A stretch of DNA of 64,000 bases from an uncultured Campylobacteraceae bacterium (GTDB lineage: Bacteria; Campylobacterota; Campylobacteria; Campylobacterales; JALSKU01), in the NCBI GenBank assembly GCA_964556545.1, contig CAZKWE010000092.1, forward strand, positions 9,213-73,212. The letters are read 5' to 3'. Positions within the stretch are counted from its first letter, which is position 1, and the number at the start of each line of letters is the position of its first letter. The notes under the pieces are model-generated. The model searched no databases. It was not told the origin of the DNA and saw only the letters and a program-made list of their open reading frames with translations. Positions 1 through 10,772 of this stretch are shown one piece after another. A program made the position numbers and the translations under genes.

Positions 1-303
1 TCTATCGACTTCTATAAGAGAAAATTTTATAGGTTTTCCAACCTCATCCGTTATAGTTTTTGCAAACTCTTCTCTTTTTTCCTGAAGCTTTTTTGCTACA
101 TCATCAAGCCATTGTATTCTTTGAGAAAGATTGGTTTTTTTTGTTTCTTCAAAAGCTTCTTTTGCAATCACAAGAGCCTTTTTAGCATCATTTTCGTCAC
201 ATTGAGGATATGCTGAAACCACCTTGTCTTCATAGGGATTTTTTATTTCTATCCAATTATCTTTTATTGTCTCTTTGCTTCCAAAAAATATCTTCGCCTG
301 CAT
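1..303 (-). CDS. aldehyde dehydrogenase family protein, N-terminal fragment (continues beyond left edge)
   Basis: Own translation of the minus strand from ATG at 303: MQAKIFFGSKETIKDNWIEIKNPYEDKVVSAYPQCDENDAKKALVIAKEAFEETKK..., open to the window edge. Resembles ALDH-family N-termini. Absent from the ORF track because there is no stop in the window. Confidence 0.5.
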   Translation of the reverse strand, partial: MQAKIFFGSKETIKDNWIEIKNPYEDKVVSAYPQCDENDAKKALVIAKEAFEETKKTNLSQRIQWLDDVAKKLQEKREEFAKTITDEVGKPIKFSLIEVDR

Positions 304-360
304 TGTAAATATCCTTTGATTTTTTTCTGTTATTTTAGCATACTTTTGTTACAATATTCT

Positions 361-2433
361 ATGTACAATAAAATATTAAAAGAAAAGTTCGGCTTTGACA
401 AATTTAAGCCTATACAGGAAAAAGCCGTAAAAAGAATACTTAAAAAAGAGGATTTGTTGGTTATTTTGCCGACAGGCAGTGGAAAATCACTCATATATCA
501 ACTTCCTTCTCTCTTAATGAGCGGCACTACCATAGTCATCTCTCCTCTTATAGCTCTTATGCAAGACCAAGTTGCATCACTGCAGTTAAACGGTATAAAT
601 GCAAAAATGATAAATTCATCCAATACGGTAAAACAAAACAATCAAACTCTGCAGGAATTATTGAATGCAGATATAAAACTTTTATATGTCGCACCGGAAA
701 GATTTGTCAATGAAAATTTTTTACAATTGCTTCAGAAAATAGATATAAATTTTTTTGTAATAGATGAAGCTCACTGTGTCAGCGAATGGGGACATGAATT
801 TAGAGATGATTATAGAAAATTAAACCTTATAAAAAACAGATTTGCCAATATTCCCGTTACTGCTTTTACCGCAACTGCAACAAAAGAAGTCCAAAAAGAT
901 ATATTAAAAACTTTACAGATTAAACATACGCTAAGAGCAGAGACTATAAGAGATAATATTCTTATAAGATGCCAAAAAAGAATGGGAAACGGGTATTCTC
1001 AAATTATCTCTTTTTTAAATACTCACAAAGATGAATGTGGTATAATTTACTGTTTTACCAGAAAAGAGACAGAAAAATTATCAATCTTTTTAAATCAAAA
1101 AGGATTTTCGACACTATCTTATCATGCAGGTTTGCCAAACAAAAAAAGAGATGAAATTTTTTATAAATTTAAAAATGAAGAGATAAAAATCATTGTTGCC
1201 ACCATTGCTTTTGGAATGGGTATAGATAAAGACAATATCAGATTTGTTTTGCATACTTCCATGCCAAAAACTTTGGAAAACTACTTTCAGGAGATAGGGC
1301 GGGCGGGAAGAGATTCGTTAAAAAGCGATGCTTTGCTACTTTACTCCAAATCAGACGAGATAAATAAAAGAATTTTTCTTGAAGAATTGGCAGAATCAAA
1401 CTATAAAAAAAATATATATGAAAAATTAAATACAATGTATCGCTACTGTATTACTTCCGACTGCCGTCATCAGTTTATAGCAAAATATTTTGGCGATCAG
1501 ATAGAAAAATGCGAAACAAACTGTGACAACTGCCTTGAAAAGGATACTGAATTTCTTAACATTAAAATACCCGCTCAAAAATTTCTATCGGCAATTTTAA
1601 GAAGCGGTGAGAGATTTGGTGCAAATTACATCATAGATATACTAAAAGGTTCAAAATCAAAAAGAATACTTGAACTTGGACACGATAAACTTTCAGTCTA
1701 TGGCATAGGAAATGAATTTTCAAAAGAGCAATGGGGAAGCATACAGGATAAATTACTTGATATGGAAGCAATTTATCAAGAGAGTGAATATAAAACTTTA
1801 AAAGTTACAAATATCGGCAAAAAAATATTAAAAGATGAACTCACAGTAACAATAAAGAAAAAAGATTTACAAACAGATATAAGTTTTAAAGAGTATAAAC
1901 AAGAGATAAAAAAAGATGAAATATTTGAAAAATTAAGAGAACTTAGAAGTGAATTTGCCAAAAAAGATAAAATACCGGCTTATATGGTTTTTAGTGACAA
2001 AACTCTTTTTGAAATATCCAAAAAACTGCCCAAAGACAAAAAAGAGTTTTTGGAAATTTCTGGAGTCGGACAGACAAAGCTTGAGAGATATGCCAAAGAT
2101 TTTATACAACTGTGCAACAATCTTAAACCAATTGTTAAAAAACCACTGCATAAAACATACCAAGAAACACTTACTCTTATAAACAAAGGGGAGAGTTTTG
2201 ATAAAATTTGCAAAGCAAGAGAATTAAAGCCCGTGACTATATTGACTCATATCAATACTCTTGTTGAAAAAGGATATATAGACAACAAAACAAAACTAAA
2301 ATATACCGAACCGCTAAAAGAGAATTTTCCAAAAGAGATAAAAGAATGGATTGAAAAAGGACTCAAGATAGAAAATTTTGAAAAAATAAGAGAATTTTTA
2401 AGTTTTTACGGCTCTCTTTATGCTCCCAAATAA
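361..2433 (+). CDS. recQ: ATP-dependent DNA helicase RecQ
   Basis: Walker A PTGSGKS, DEAH box VIDEAHCVSEWGHEFR, Cys cluster (C..C...C..C) of the RecQ Zn module, HRDC-like region, extra C-terminal HTH-like tail. Start moved to ATG 361 (MYNKILKEKFGFDKF), which fits RecQ N-termini better than track start 316. Confidence 0.9.
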   Translation: MYNKILKEKFGFDKFKPIQEKAVKRILKKEDLLVILPTGSGKSLIYQLPSLLMSGTTIVISPLIALMQDQVASLQLNGINAKMINSSNTVKQNNQTLQELLNADIKLLYVAPERFVNENFLQLLQKIDINFFVIDEAHCVSEWGHEFRDDYRKLNLIKNRFANIPVTAFTATATKEVQKDILKTLQIKHTLRAETIRDNILIRCQKRMGNGYSQIISFLNTHKDECGIIYCFTRKETEKLSIFLNQKGFSTLSYHAGLPNKKRDEIFYKFKNEEIKIIVATIAFGMGIDKDNIRFVLHTSMPKTLENYFQEIGRAGRDSLKSDALLLYSKSDEINKRIFLEELAESNYKKNIYEKLNTMYRYCITSDCRHQFIAKYFGDQIEKCETNCDNCLEKDTEFLNIKIPAQKFLSAILRSGERFGANYIIDILKGSKSKRILELGHDKLSVYGIGNEFSKEQWGSIQDKLLDMEAIYQESEYKTLKVTNIGKKILKDELTVTIKKKDLQTDISFKEYKQEIKKDEIFEKLRELRSEFAKKDKIPAYMVFSDKTLFEISKKLPKDKKEFLEISGVGQTKLERYAKDFIQLCNNLKPIVKKPLHKTYQETLTLINKGESFDKICKARELKPVTILTHINTLVEKGYIDNKTKLKYTEPLKENFPKEIKEWIEKGLKIENFEKIREFLSFYGSLYAPK

Positions 2434-3119
2434 GCCTCTTTTACCTTTTTGTCATTTATCAATTCGTCTGATTTGCCGCTCATTGTTATTTTTCCGTTTT
2501 CAAGCACATAAGCTCTGTCACTAAAACCAAGTGCAAGATAGGCATTTTGCTCCACTAAAAATATAGTAGTTCCTTTTTCTTTTAAATTTTGCAGCACTTC
2601 AAATATATCCTCTACAATAATCGGAGCCAAACCCATACTCGGCTCATCCAAAAGTAAAAGCTTCGGTCTGCTCATTAAAGCTCTTCCAAGAGAAAGCATT
2701 TGTTGTTGACCGCCTGAGAGTGTTCCTGCGTAATGCTCTTTTTTCTCTCTTAAAACCGGAAAAAGTTCATATATCCACTCTATATCATCTTTGATATCAC
2801 TATCATTTCTGATATATGCTCCCATCAAAAGATTGTCTTCCACACTCAAAATATTAAACAACCCCCTTCCCTCCGGGACTTGGGCAATTCCAAGTTTGAC
2901 TCTTTGTTTTGAATCGCTACTGCTTATATCTTTATCATTAAAATAAATTTTTCCGCTTTGCTCTTTTTGAAGTGCACTTATTACTCTTAAAAGTGTAGTT
3001 TTTCCGGCTCCATTTGCACCAATCAGCGATACTATCTCATTATTTTTTACTTCCAAACTTATATCTATAAGAGTTTTTATCTTGCCGTAACTAAAATTCA
3101 AATTTTCGATTCTAAGCAT
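2418..3119 (-). CDS. livF: branched-chain amino acid ABC transporter ATP-binding protein LivF
   Basis: Walker A GANGAGKTT, signature LSGGQQQ, Walker B LLLLDEPS, LivF-type C-terminus EAYLG. Last gene of the liv operon. Confidence 0.85.
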   Translation of the reverse strand: MLRIENLNFSYGKIKTLIDISLEVKNNEIVSLIGANGAGKTTLLRVISALQKEQSGKIYFNDKDISSSDSKQRVKLGIAQVPEGRGLFNILSVEDNLLMGAYIRNDSDIKDDIEWIYELFPVLREKKEHYAGTLSGGQQQMLSLGRALMSRPKLLLLDEPSMGLAPIIVEDIFEVLQNLKEKGTTIFLVEQNAYLALGFSDRAYVLENGKITMSGKSDELINDKKVKEAYLGA

Positions 3120-3951
3120 AATTAGACCCCAAATATGCTTTTATAACTTCTTTATTGTTTGCTATTTCTTCGGGTTTGCCGTAAGCTAATTTTTTACCGA
3201 AATTCATAACTGTTATCTCATCTGAAATTTTCATTACCATCTTCATATCATGCTCAACCAATATCACACTAAGCCCCTCATTTGCCACTTCTTTAATGAT
3301 TTGTGAAATTTCATCGGTTTCTTTGGGATTTAGACCTGCAACCGGTTCATCAAAAAGTATCAATTTCGGTTTTGTTGCCAAAGCTCTTATAATTTCAAGT
3401 TTTTTAAGCACTCCGTAAGAGAGTGAGTCAGCCTGTTTGTATGCTATCTTTTCAAGATTAAACATATTTAAGTATTTCATCGCCTCATATTCAAACTTTT
3501 TCTCATCCTCTTTTATTCTTTTTGTTCTAAGACAGGTTTGAATAATATTTTTACTCATAAACTTATCAAATCCAAGCATAATATTTTCAAGGGCACTCAT
3601 ACTTCCGCAAATCTCAAGATGCTGAAAAGTCCTGCATATCCCTTTATGGACAAGTTTATGCATAGGAATATTTGTAATATTCTCTCTATGCCCGTGTATC
3701 ATATCTTTGATATCATCTTCTTCAACACACTTTATATCATCATCTTTTCTTAAGTATATTTCTCCCGATGTCACACTGTATATCCCCGTTATCATATTGA
3801 TAAGGGTTGTTTTTCCGGCTCCGTTTGGGCCTATTATAGAATGAACGGTACCTCTTTTAACATTAAAACTAAGCTCGTCAACGGCTTTTAAGCCACCAAA
3901 ATTTTTGCAAAGTTCTCTAACTATGAGCATTCGTTTTCCCCAATTTATCAA
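3112..3951 (-). CDS. livG: branched-chain amino acid ABC transporter ATP-binding protein LivG
   Basis: Walker A GPNGAGKTT, Walker B ILFDEP, C-terminal KAYLG. A more likely start is ATG at 3930 (MLIVRELCKNFGG). Confidence 0.85.
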   Translation of the reverse strand: MINWGKRMLIVRELCKNFGGLKAVDELSFNVKRGTVHSIIGPNGAGKTTLINMITGIYSVTSGEIYLRKDDDIKCVEEDDIKDMIHGHRENITNIPMHKLVHKGICRTFQHLEICGSMSALENIMLGFDKFMSKNIIQTCLRTKRIKEDEKKFEYEAMKYLNMFNLEKIAYKQADSLSYGVLKKLEIIRALATKPKLILFDEPVAGLNPKETDEISQIIKEVANEGLSVILVEHDMKMVMKISDEITVMNFGKKLAYGKPEEIANNKEVIKAYLGSNYA

Positions 3952-4861
3952 AAAGAGATATGATACCCTTTGGCATAAACATCATAACAAATATAATAAT
4001 AACCCCGTATATCAATGTTTGATAATCTTCAAATGATGTTAAAAGCTGAGGCAAAACCGTTAGAAAAATGGCACCCAAAAGTGCTCCGTACACTCTTCCT
4101 ATACCGCCAAAAACCACCATAACCACCAATTCGATTGATCTGTTAAAACTGGCTTCGGCAGGACTTATGAAACCTGAGAAAAAAGCATACATACTCCCCG
4201 CAAGTGCCGCAATTACAACGGATATGACAAATACATAACTTTTATATTTTGCTACATCAGCACCAACACTGCTGACAGCCTGATTTGAGTCATGAATTCC
4301 TCTTAAAATTCTTCCGTAAGGAGAATTTATGATATTTTTAAAAGTAACTATAACAAGAATGAGCAAAACAGAGCTCAATATATACCATTTTATATTTGAA
4401 TCTAACTCAAATCCAAAAATTTTAAATATATCTACACCCATTCCGTCAGGACCTCCTGTTAAGTCTGCCTGGGCATTTACCGTTATGTATATAATTACAC
4501 CCACACCAAGTGTTGCCATAGCAAGATAATGGCCTTCAAGTTTTAGTATGGGTTTTGATATAACAAATGCAAAAAAAGCCATAAAGACAAGACTGACTAA
4601 AAGACTGACGGCAGGTGATATGCCATAAATACTACTCAAAATTACAGTTATATAAGCTCCGAGTGCCGCAAAGCCACCATGCCCCAAACTTATTTGTCCA
4701 GCATATCCCATAAGGAGATTTAAACCTATACAAATTATCGCATTTAAAAGAGAAAGTATGGCAATTTCATAGTAAAAATCATTTTTGAAAAAAAATGGTA
4801 TAACAATAAGAAAAAAAATCAAAAAAAGGATATCTTTTATCTGCTTTACTGCTTGTGCCAT
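3917..4861 (-). CDS. livM: branched-chain amino acid ABC transporter permease LivM
   Basis: Polytopic membrane protein with GQISLGHGGF motif typical of LivM/LivH permeases. Lies between livH and livG. Confidence 0.8.
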   Translation of the reverse strand: MAQAVKQIKDILFLIFFLIVIPFFFKNDFYYEIAILSLLNAIICIGLNLLMGYAGQISLGHGGFAALGAYITVILSSIYGISPAVSLLVSLVFMAFFAFVISKPILKLEGHYLAMATLGVGVIIYITVNAQADLTGGPDGMGVDIFKIFGFELDSNIKWYILSSVLLILVIVTFKNIINSPYGRILRGIHDSNQAVSSVGADVAKYKSYVFVISVVIAALAGSMYAFFSGFISPAEASFNRSIELVVMVVFGGIGRVYGALLGAIFLTVLPQLLTSFEDYQTLIYGVIIIFVMMFMPKGIISLFDKLGKTNAHS

Positions 4862-5731
4862 CTATACTCTTTTTGCTTTTAAGTTACTAAAAATTCCGCC
4901 GGGCATAAAAAAAAGAATACCAAGAAGTGCAACAAAAGCTACTGCATCTTTATATTCGCTTGATATATAACCTGCAACAAGTGATTCTAAAATACCAAGC
5001 AGTAATCCTCCCACTACAGCCCCGAAAGGTTTTGATAAGCCGCCTATAACCGCCGCACTAAAACCTTTGAGTCCAAGCATAATTCCTATCTCATAATTTG
5101 TTGAAGTTATAGGTGCCAAAAGAAGCCCCCCTATTCCTGCTATAACAGCTGATATGATAAAATTCAGCATCAGAATTTTATTTATATCCACTCCCATCAG
5201 TTTTGCACTGTCTTTATTGTCTGAGAGTGCGAGCATAGCTTTCCCTGTTTTTGTTTTGTTGAAAAACAGATATAAAGAGATAACTATAATAACCGAAGTT
5301 ATCATAACCAATAAAGCTTGATAGGTAAGAGTGGCTCCATAAATGCTAAAAGTACCGTCCCCGACAAACGAGGGAAGAGTATGAAGTTCTTTGTCAAACA
5401 CAACCTCCGCCAAACCTCTCAAGGCTATACTGTAACCAAGTGTTAAAATTATCATAGATATAACCGAGTGTTCTTTTGACATATCTATGAGCTTATACAA
5501 AACTACTCCGAGAAATGCGGTTATTATGATAGCAAGCAAAAATGCCAACCAAAACGGAATTCCCCATTTTAGTAAAAATACGGCACTCATACCGCCTGCC
5601 ATCACAAACTCACCCTGAGCAAAGTTTATAATACCGCTTGAATTGTATATAACGGTAAAACCCATACCTACCAATGCATATATAAATCCTACCGTTACCC
5701 CTGAGAGCAAAAGTTGAAAAAATTCATTCAC
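4862..5731 (-). CDS. livH: branched-chain amino acid ABC transporter permease LivH
   Basis: NFAQGEF motif near the N-terminus, about 8 TM segments, abuts livM (4861/4862). Confidence 0.8.
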   Translation of the reverse strand: MNEFFQLLLSGVTVGFIYALVGMGFTVIYNSSGIINFAQGEFVMAGGMSAVFLLKWGIPFWLAFLLAIIITAFLGVVLYKLIDMSKEHSVISMIILTLGYSIALRGLAEVVFDKELHTLPSFVGDGTFSIYGATLTYQALLVMITSVIIVISLYLFFNKTKTGKAMLALSDNKDSAKLMGVDINKILMLNFIISAVIAGIGGLLLAPITSTNYEIGIMLGLKGFSAAVIGGLSKPFGAVVGGLLLGILESLVAGYISSEYKDAVAFVALLGILFFMPGGIFSNLKAKRV

Positions 5732-5740
5732 CTTTAAAAC

Positions 5741-6886
5741 CTACTCTTCAATAACACTCCAATTACCGTTTTTAACTTTTAAAAGAACCAATCCGGTTTT
5801 TGTATCAAGACCCAAATGATCTTTTGGACTCATATTGACCACACCATCAATTCCTACAAAATTTTTAAGGCTTTCAAGTCCATCTCTTATCTTTTTCGGA
5901 TCAGTTGAGTGTTCTTTTTTTACAGCATCAACTATAGCATAAAGTGAATCATATGCATGACCGCCGAAACTTGCTATATCCGTATGATAAGCATTTTTAT
6001 ATTCTTTTGTATAAGCTACGCAAACTTTTTTTATAGGATTGTCATCGCTTAATTTATCAGCAACTACTACAGGCGGTGCTACAACTATAACTCCTTCAGC
6101 GGCTTTTCCTGCAATTTCTATATATTTTTTGGAAGCAACTCCGTGAGATTCATACAAAGGATAAGGGATATTTAACTGCCTGTAATTTTTGGTAACTATT
6201 GCAGGTCCTTGTCCGAAACCGGGATTTAATACCGCTTGAATACCTTTTGTATTTTTTATCTTTATAAGCTGGCTTGTCATATCGGCATCTTTCTTGCCAT
6301 ATGTTTCATCTGCCAAAATTTTGATACCATACTCACCGGCTACATCTTTACACTGTTTTCTCATAGATTTTCCAAAACCTCCGCTTCCTGAAATCATACC
6401 GATTTTTCTGATACCCTTTTTTTTCATATGAGCCATAATCTTTTTACAGGCCATTGTGTCGGTTGCAACAATTTTAAATACCCATTTTTTTACAGGTTTT
6501 ATAATAGGAATTCCTCCGCCCATAGACAAAAGAGGTATTTTTGCTCTTTGTACAAACGGGATAATAGCCATGGTTTCACCGGTAGTTGAGGGACCGATAA
6601 TGGCAACTACTTTATCTTGTGAAATAAGTCTTTTAACAAATGATACCGCTTTTCTCGGATTTGCTCCGGTGTCATAAGCTATAAGTTTAATCTTGTCTCC
6701 ATTGACCCCGCCATTGTCATTTATCTTTTTAACATACAGTTTCAAAGTTTTAAGCTCCGGATCACCTATAAATGAAGCAGGTCCCGTTGAAGCAACTATA
6801 GCACCTATTTTTATAGTGCCGGCATTTAATGTGAAACTGAAAATACTTAAAATACACAATCCCGCAATACTAATTTTTTTTAGCAT
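5741..6886 (-). CDS. livK: branched-chain amino acid ABC transporter substrate-binding protein
   Basis: Signal peptide, then the type I periplasmic binding fold signature (IKIGAIVASTGPASFIG...). First gene of the minus-strand liv operon. Confidence 0.8.
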   Translation of the reverse strand: MLKKISIAGLCILSIFSFTLNAGTIKIGAIVASTGPASFIGDPELKTLKLYVKKINDNGGVNGDKIKLIAYDTGANPRKAVSFVKRLISQDKVVAIIGPSTTGETMAIIPFVQRAKIPLLSMGGGIPIIKPVKKWVFKIVATDTMACKKIMAHMKKKGIRKIGMISGSGGFGKSMRKQCKDVAGEYGIKILADETYGKKDADMTSQLIKIKNTKGIQAVLNPGFGQGPAIVTKNYRQLNIPYPLYESHGVASKKYIEIAGKAAEGVIVVAPPVVVADKLSDDNPIKKVCVAYTKEYKNAYHTDIASFGGHAYDSLYAIVDAVKKEHSTDPKKIRDGLESLKNFVGIDGVVNMSPKDHLGLDTKTGLVLLKVKNGNWSVIEE

Positions 6887-7136
6887 AACTCTTATCTCCT
6901 CATTGTTTGATTAAATGTCTTCTTGGTTATTATATCTATGATAACTTAAAAAATATAAACTTATTTTTTGTTTTATATCTCTTTTAAAAAAAGTGTGAAA
7001 TATTTACACATTATTCACCGGGGGTATTGCTTATAATAATTTTATAACTCTTTTTACATATATTTAAATTTTTTACAAGTATAATTTAAGGCATAGTAAG
7101 TACCTGACCAAAAGTTATACAAAAAAGGAAAATATA

Positions 7137-8948
7137 ATGAAGCAAACTCTTATGGGGAATGAGGCTATCGCATGGGGTATAGTTCATGCAAATATACAAA
7201 TGGTCTCGGGATATCCCGGAACTCCCTCAAGTGAAATACTAAAAACCGTACAAAAAATACAAAAAGATTTAAATCTTGATATGTATGTGCAGTGGGCTAC
7301 AAATGAAAAAGTAGGATTTGAAGTAGCTTATGCCGGAGCAATCAGCGGACAAAGAAGCTGTGCCACTATGAAACAAGTAGGACTTAATGTTGCAAGCGAC
7401 CCTCTGATGAGTGCAAGCTATATTGGAAATAAGGGAGCTATGCTTTTGATATCTGCGGACGATCCCGGTTTTCACTCTTCTCAAACAGAACAGGACAGCA
7501 GAGTTTTTGCCAAATTTGCAAGAATTCCCGTACTTGACCCTTCTACTCCTCAAGATGCTTACGATTTTGTAAAACTCGGAGTTGAAATAAGTGAACTTTT
7601 TGAAACAACCGTAATGTTAAGACCTGTAATGAGAGTATCTCATGCCAGAGAAATCATAGAAGTAGATGATGAAACAAATTTTAAAAAAACCAATAACCGT
7701 TTCAAAAGAGATATAAGAAGATGGGCTGCAGTTCCAAGAGCCGGAAGACTTGCTCAAGGGTATGATCAACTTAAAAGAGTTGAAAAAATTGCCAATTACA
7801 ATTGGGAAAAATTTTTAAAACCCCAATTTGATACTCTAAAAGGTGGAAAATTACTCATACTTACAAGCGGAACGGGAGACGGTTTTGTAAAAGAGACTTT
7901 GAGTGATTTAAATCTTAAAGCAGATATTGTCAAAATCATTATGCCGTATCCTTTACCCGTAGAACAAATGAAAAATGCTTTTAAACATTATGACAAAATT
8001 ATAGTTTTTGAAGAACCCTACCCTTGCATTGAAGAGCAAATTGCTTCAGAAAAAGTATATGGCAAAAATACCAATACGGTTCATAAAATAGATGAAATGA
8101 GCAAAGAAAATGTTTTAAAAGCTTTACGGAAAATAGCTTTTTACAATGGAGAAAATATATACGAATCTCCAAAAATAGACTTTGGTTTCGAAGTACCGGC
8201 AAGACCGCCCGCTTTATGTCCGGGGTGTCCTCATAGAGACATTTACTATGCCATAACAAAAGTTTTTAAAAAAAATAAGTCCATATATCCTTCTGATATA
8301 GGATGTTATACTCTTGCTCTTGCTCAAGGAGCGATAGATACTGTTTTATGTATGGGCGGCAGTGTATCAATGGCAAGCGGACTTAGCATAGCCAATCCTG
8401 ATAAAACAGTAGTTGCAACCATTGGTGACGGAACATTTTTTCATTCGGGTATTCCTCCTCTTTTAAATGCCGTATACCAAAGACATAAATTTATCCTTGT
8501 GGTTTTAGATAACTCTACCATAGCCATGACCGGACGACAGGCAACTCCGGAACGATTCAATCAGGGTATCAATATAACGAAAATAGTTGAGGGCATGGGT
8601 ATAGAATGTTTGGAATATAAATATTCTCATCTTATGCATGAAAATATCGAATTTTTTAAAAATGTAAAAGAAAAATTCAAAGATGCAAATTCTCCTTTGG
8701 TAGTAGTGGTAAAACAGTTTTGCATATTGGACAATCCAAGAGCCAAAGACTGGGTGCCGGGGATTTTTGCTGAAGTTGACGAAGAAAAATGTGTAGCCTG
8801 CGACCAATGTACTACAGTTTACAAATGTCCTCCAATGCACTATAACGAAAAAGGTAAAATCGAAATAGATCCATTTTTATGTGCAGGATGCGGGGGATGT
8901 TTAGAGATTATATGCCCGACTGATGCATTTAAAGAAAGAAAGGATTAG
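7137..8948 (+). CDS. iorA: indolepyruvate ferredoxin oxidoreductase subunit alpha
   Basis: 603 aa. N-terminal GYPGTPSSE, TPP-binding region, C-terminal two ferredoxin-type clusters (CVACDQC...CP, CAGCGGC...CP). Followed by iorB. Confidence 0.85.
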   Translation: MKQTLMGNEAIAWGIVHANIQMVSGYPGTPSSEILKTVQKIQKDLNLDMYVQWATNEKVGFEVAYAGAISGQRSCATMKQVGLNVASDPLMSASYIGNKGAMLLISADDPGFHSSQTEQDSRVFAKFARIPVLDPSTPQDAYDFVKLGVEISELFETTVMLRPVMRVSHAREIIEVDDETNFKKTNNRFKRDIRRWAAVPRAGRLAQGYDQLKRVEKIANYNWEKFLKPQFDTLKGGKLLILTSGTGDGFVKETLSDLNLKADIVKIIMPYPLPVEQMKNAFKHYDKIIVFEEPYPCIEEQIASEKVYGKNTNTVHKIDEMSKENVLKALRKIAFYNGENIYESPKIDFGFEVPARPPALCPGCPHRDIYYAITKVFKKNKSIYPSDIGCYTLALAQGAIDTVLCMGGSVSMASGLSIANPDKTVVATIGDGTFFHSGIPPLLNAVYQRHKFILVVLDNSTIAMTGRQATPERFNQGINITKIVEGMGIECLEYKYSHLMHENIEFFKNVKEKFKDANSPLVVVVKQFCILDNPRAKDWVPGIFAEVDEEKCVACDQCTTVYKCPPMHYNEKGKIEIDPFLCAGCGGCLEIICPTDAFKERKD

Positions 8949-8950
8949 TT

Positions 8951-9472
8951 ATGAAATATCAGATAGTAATAGCAGGTTTCGGCGGACAGGGCGTTGTATT
9001 TTTGGTAAAAGTTTTAGCTATTTGTGCGGGAAACAAGGATATACCTTTTTTAGGTACGGAAAACCATGGAATGAGCCAAAGAGGCGGAGCAGTCAGTTGC
9101 GATATAAAGATTGGCAATTTTCAAAATCCGGTAATCGATAAAAATCAAGCCGATATGATTATAGGACTTGATAAAAATGAAAGTTTAAGAAATATATCTT
9201 ATCTTAAAAAAGATGGTATTATGGTAGTAAATGCGGATGATAGTTATCCTGAAATTCCTTTTAGAATTGCACGGATTGATGCAAACAAACTGGCATTGGA
9301 AAACAAGATACCGATACAAGCTTTAAATGTTTTTATGCTTGGAGTTGCACTAAAAAACGAACCGAATTTTCCTTTTAGTGCAAATGATGTAAAAGAGGCA
9401 ATCAAAAAGATAAATTTGAAAATGGCGGAGCAGAATTTTAAAATACTTGAAATGGGTATGAAAGGAGAATAA
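8951..9472 (+). CDS. iorB: indolepyruvate ferredoxin oxidoreductase subunit beta
   Basis: 173 aa, IAGFGGQGV motif of the 2-oxoacid:ferredoxin oxidoreductase gamma-like domain. 2-nt gap after iorA. Confidence 0.8.
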   Translation: MKYQIVIAGFGGQGVVFLVKVLAICAGNKDIPFLGTENHGMSQRGGAVSCDIKIGNFQNPVIDKNQADMIIGLDKNESLRNISYLKKDGIMVVNADDSYPEIPFRIARIDANKLALENKIPIQALNVFMLGVALKNEPNFPFSANDVKEAIKKINLKMAEQNFKILEMGMKGE

Positions 9473-10771
9473 ATGGTTTGGAACGAAATTGAGTGTGCCA
9501 AAAGAGAAGATATAGAAAAACTGGAATTTAAAAGACTTAAAGAGACTTTAAACAGAGTTTACTCTTTAACACCTTTTTACAAAAAGAAATTTGACGAGTT
9601 AAAACTATTGCCAAGTGATATAAAGTCATTAAATGATATAAAAAAACTTCCTTTTACGAAAAAACAGGATCTTAGAGACCATTACCCGTTCGGACTTTTT
9701 ACGGTTCCTTTAAGTCAGGTTGTAAGAATCCACAGTTCAAGCGGAACTACCGGCAAACCTACTGTCGTAGGATATACGAAAGCCGATATGGATGTATGGA
9801 ATGAAGTTATGGCGAGAGTATATACAATGGCAGGTGTTAGTGCAAAAGATGTGGTTCATAACGGTTACGGATACGGTCTTTTTACCGGTGGTCTTGGATT
9901 TCACGAAGCGGCTCAAAAGATAGGAGCAACAGTCATACCTGCAAGCGGAGGTTTTACAGACAGGCAACTTATGCTTATGAGAGATTTTGGAGCTACGGTT
10001 CTTGCCGCCACTCCTTCTTTTGCCTTACATTTAGCAGAAGTTGCAAAAAAAAGCGGACCTGATTATAAAAATGAGTATAAATTAAAATGCGGAATTTTTG
10101 GAGCAGAGCCCGTAAGCGAAGGACTCAAAAAAGAAGTATCAAAAGCATGGGGCATTGATTATCATGAAACATACGGACTTAGTGAAATAATAGGACCGGG
10201 AGTATCATCAAGTTGCAAATACTCAAAACTTCTGCATATAAACGAAGATCATTTTTATCCTGAAATTATTGATCCCAAAACCGGCGAAGTACTGCCCGAA
10301 GGAGAAAGAGGAGAGCTTGTCATAACAACATTGACAAAACAGGCACTTCCTATCATAAGGTACAGAACAGGAGATATAACATCCTTGACTTATGAACCGT
10401 GCAAATGTGGAAGAACTACCGTAAGAATGGAAAGTATCGTAGGAAGAGCAGATGATATGCTTATAGTAAACGGTGTAAATGTATATCATTCTCAAGTTGA
10501 ACATGTCATAGCAAATACTGAAGGTGTTACTCTAAACTATCAAATCATTGCCGATAAAAAAGGATTTTTGGACAAACTTGAAATATTGGTTGAAATAAGT
10601 GATGAAGTTATGAGCGACAATATAAAAGAACTTGAAAATATCAAAAAAGAGTTGCAACACTCACTTTTAAACAATCTTTATATAAATGCAAATGTAAAAC
10701 TCGTTGAGCCAAGAACAATTGAGAGAAGCATGGGGAAAGCCGTAAGGGTAGTTGACAAAAGGAGAAATTAA
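9473..10771 (+). CDS. paaK: phenylacetate-CoA ligase family protein
   Basis: 432 aa, AMP-binding motif SSGTTGKPT, PaaK-like length and C-terminal domain. Starts immediately after the iorB stop. Confidence 0.8.
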   Translation: MVWNEIECAKREDIEKLEFKRLKETLNRVYSLTPFYKKKFDELKLLPSDIKSLNDIKKLPFTKKQDLRDHYPFGLFTVPLSQVVRIHSSSGTTGKPTVVGYTKADMDVWNEVMARVYTMAGVSAKDVVHNGYGYGLFTGGLGFHEAAQKIGATVIPASGGFTDRQLMLMRDFGATVLAATPSFALHLAEVAKKSGPDYKNEYKLKCGIFGAEPVSEGLKKEVSKAWGIDYHETYGLSEIIGPGVSSSCKYSKLLHINEDHFYPEIIDPKTGEVLPEGERGELVITTLTKQALPIIRYRTGDITSLTYEPCKCGRTTVRMESIVGRADDMLIVNGVNVYHSQVEHVIANTEGVTLNYQIIADKKGFLDKLEILVEISDEVMSDNIKELENIKKELQHSLLNNLYINANVKLVEPRTIERSMGKAVRVVDKRRN

Positions 10772-10772
10772 A

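Noticed and set aside
6994-7010. CRP-like sequence TGTGAAATATTTACACA in the livK/iorA divergent region
   Set aside because: It is only an imperfect palindrome (TGTGA-N6-TACAC rather than TCACA), in very AT-rich DNA, with no second occurrence in the window. The support is too weak to call a site.
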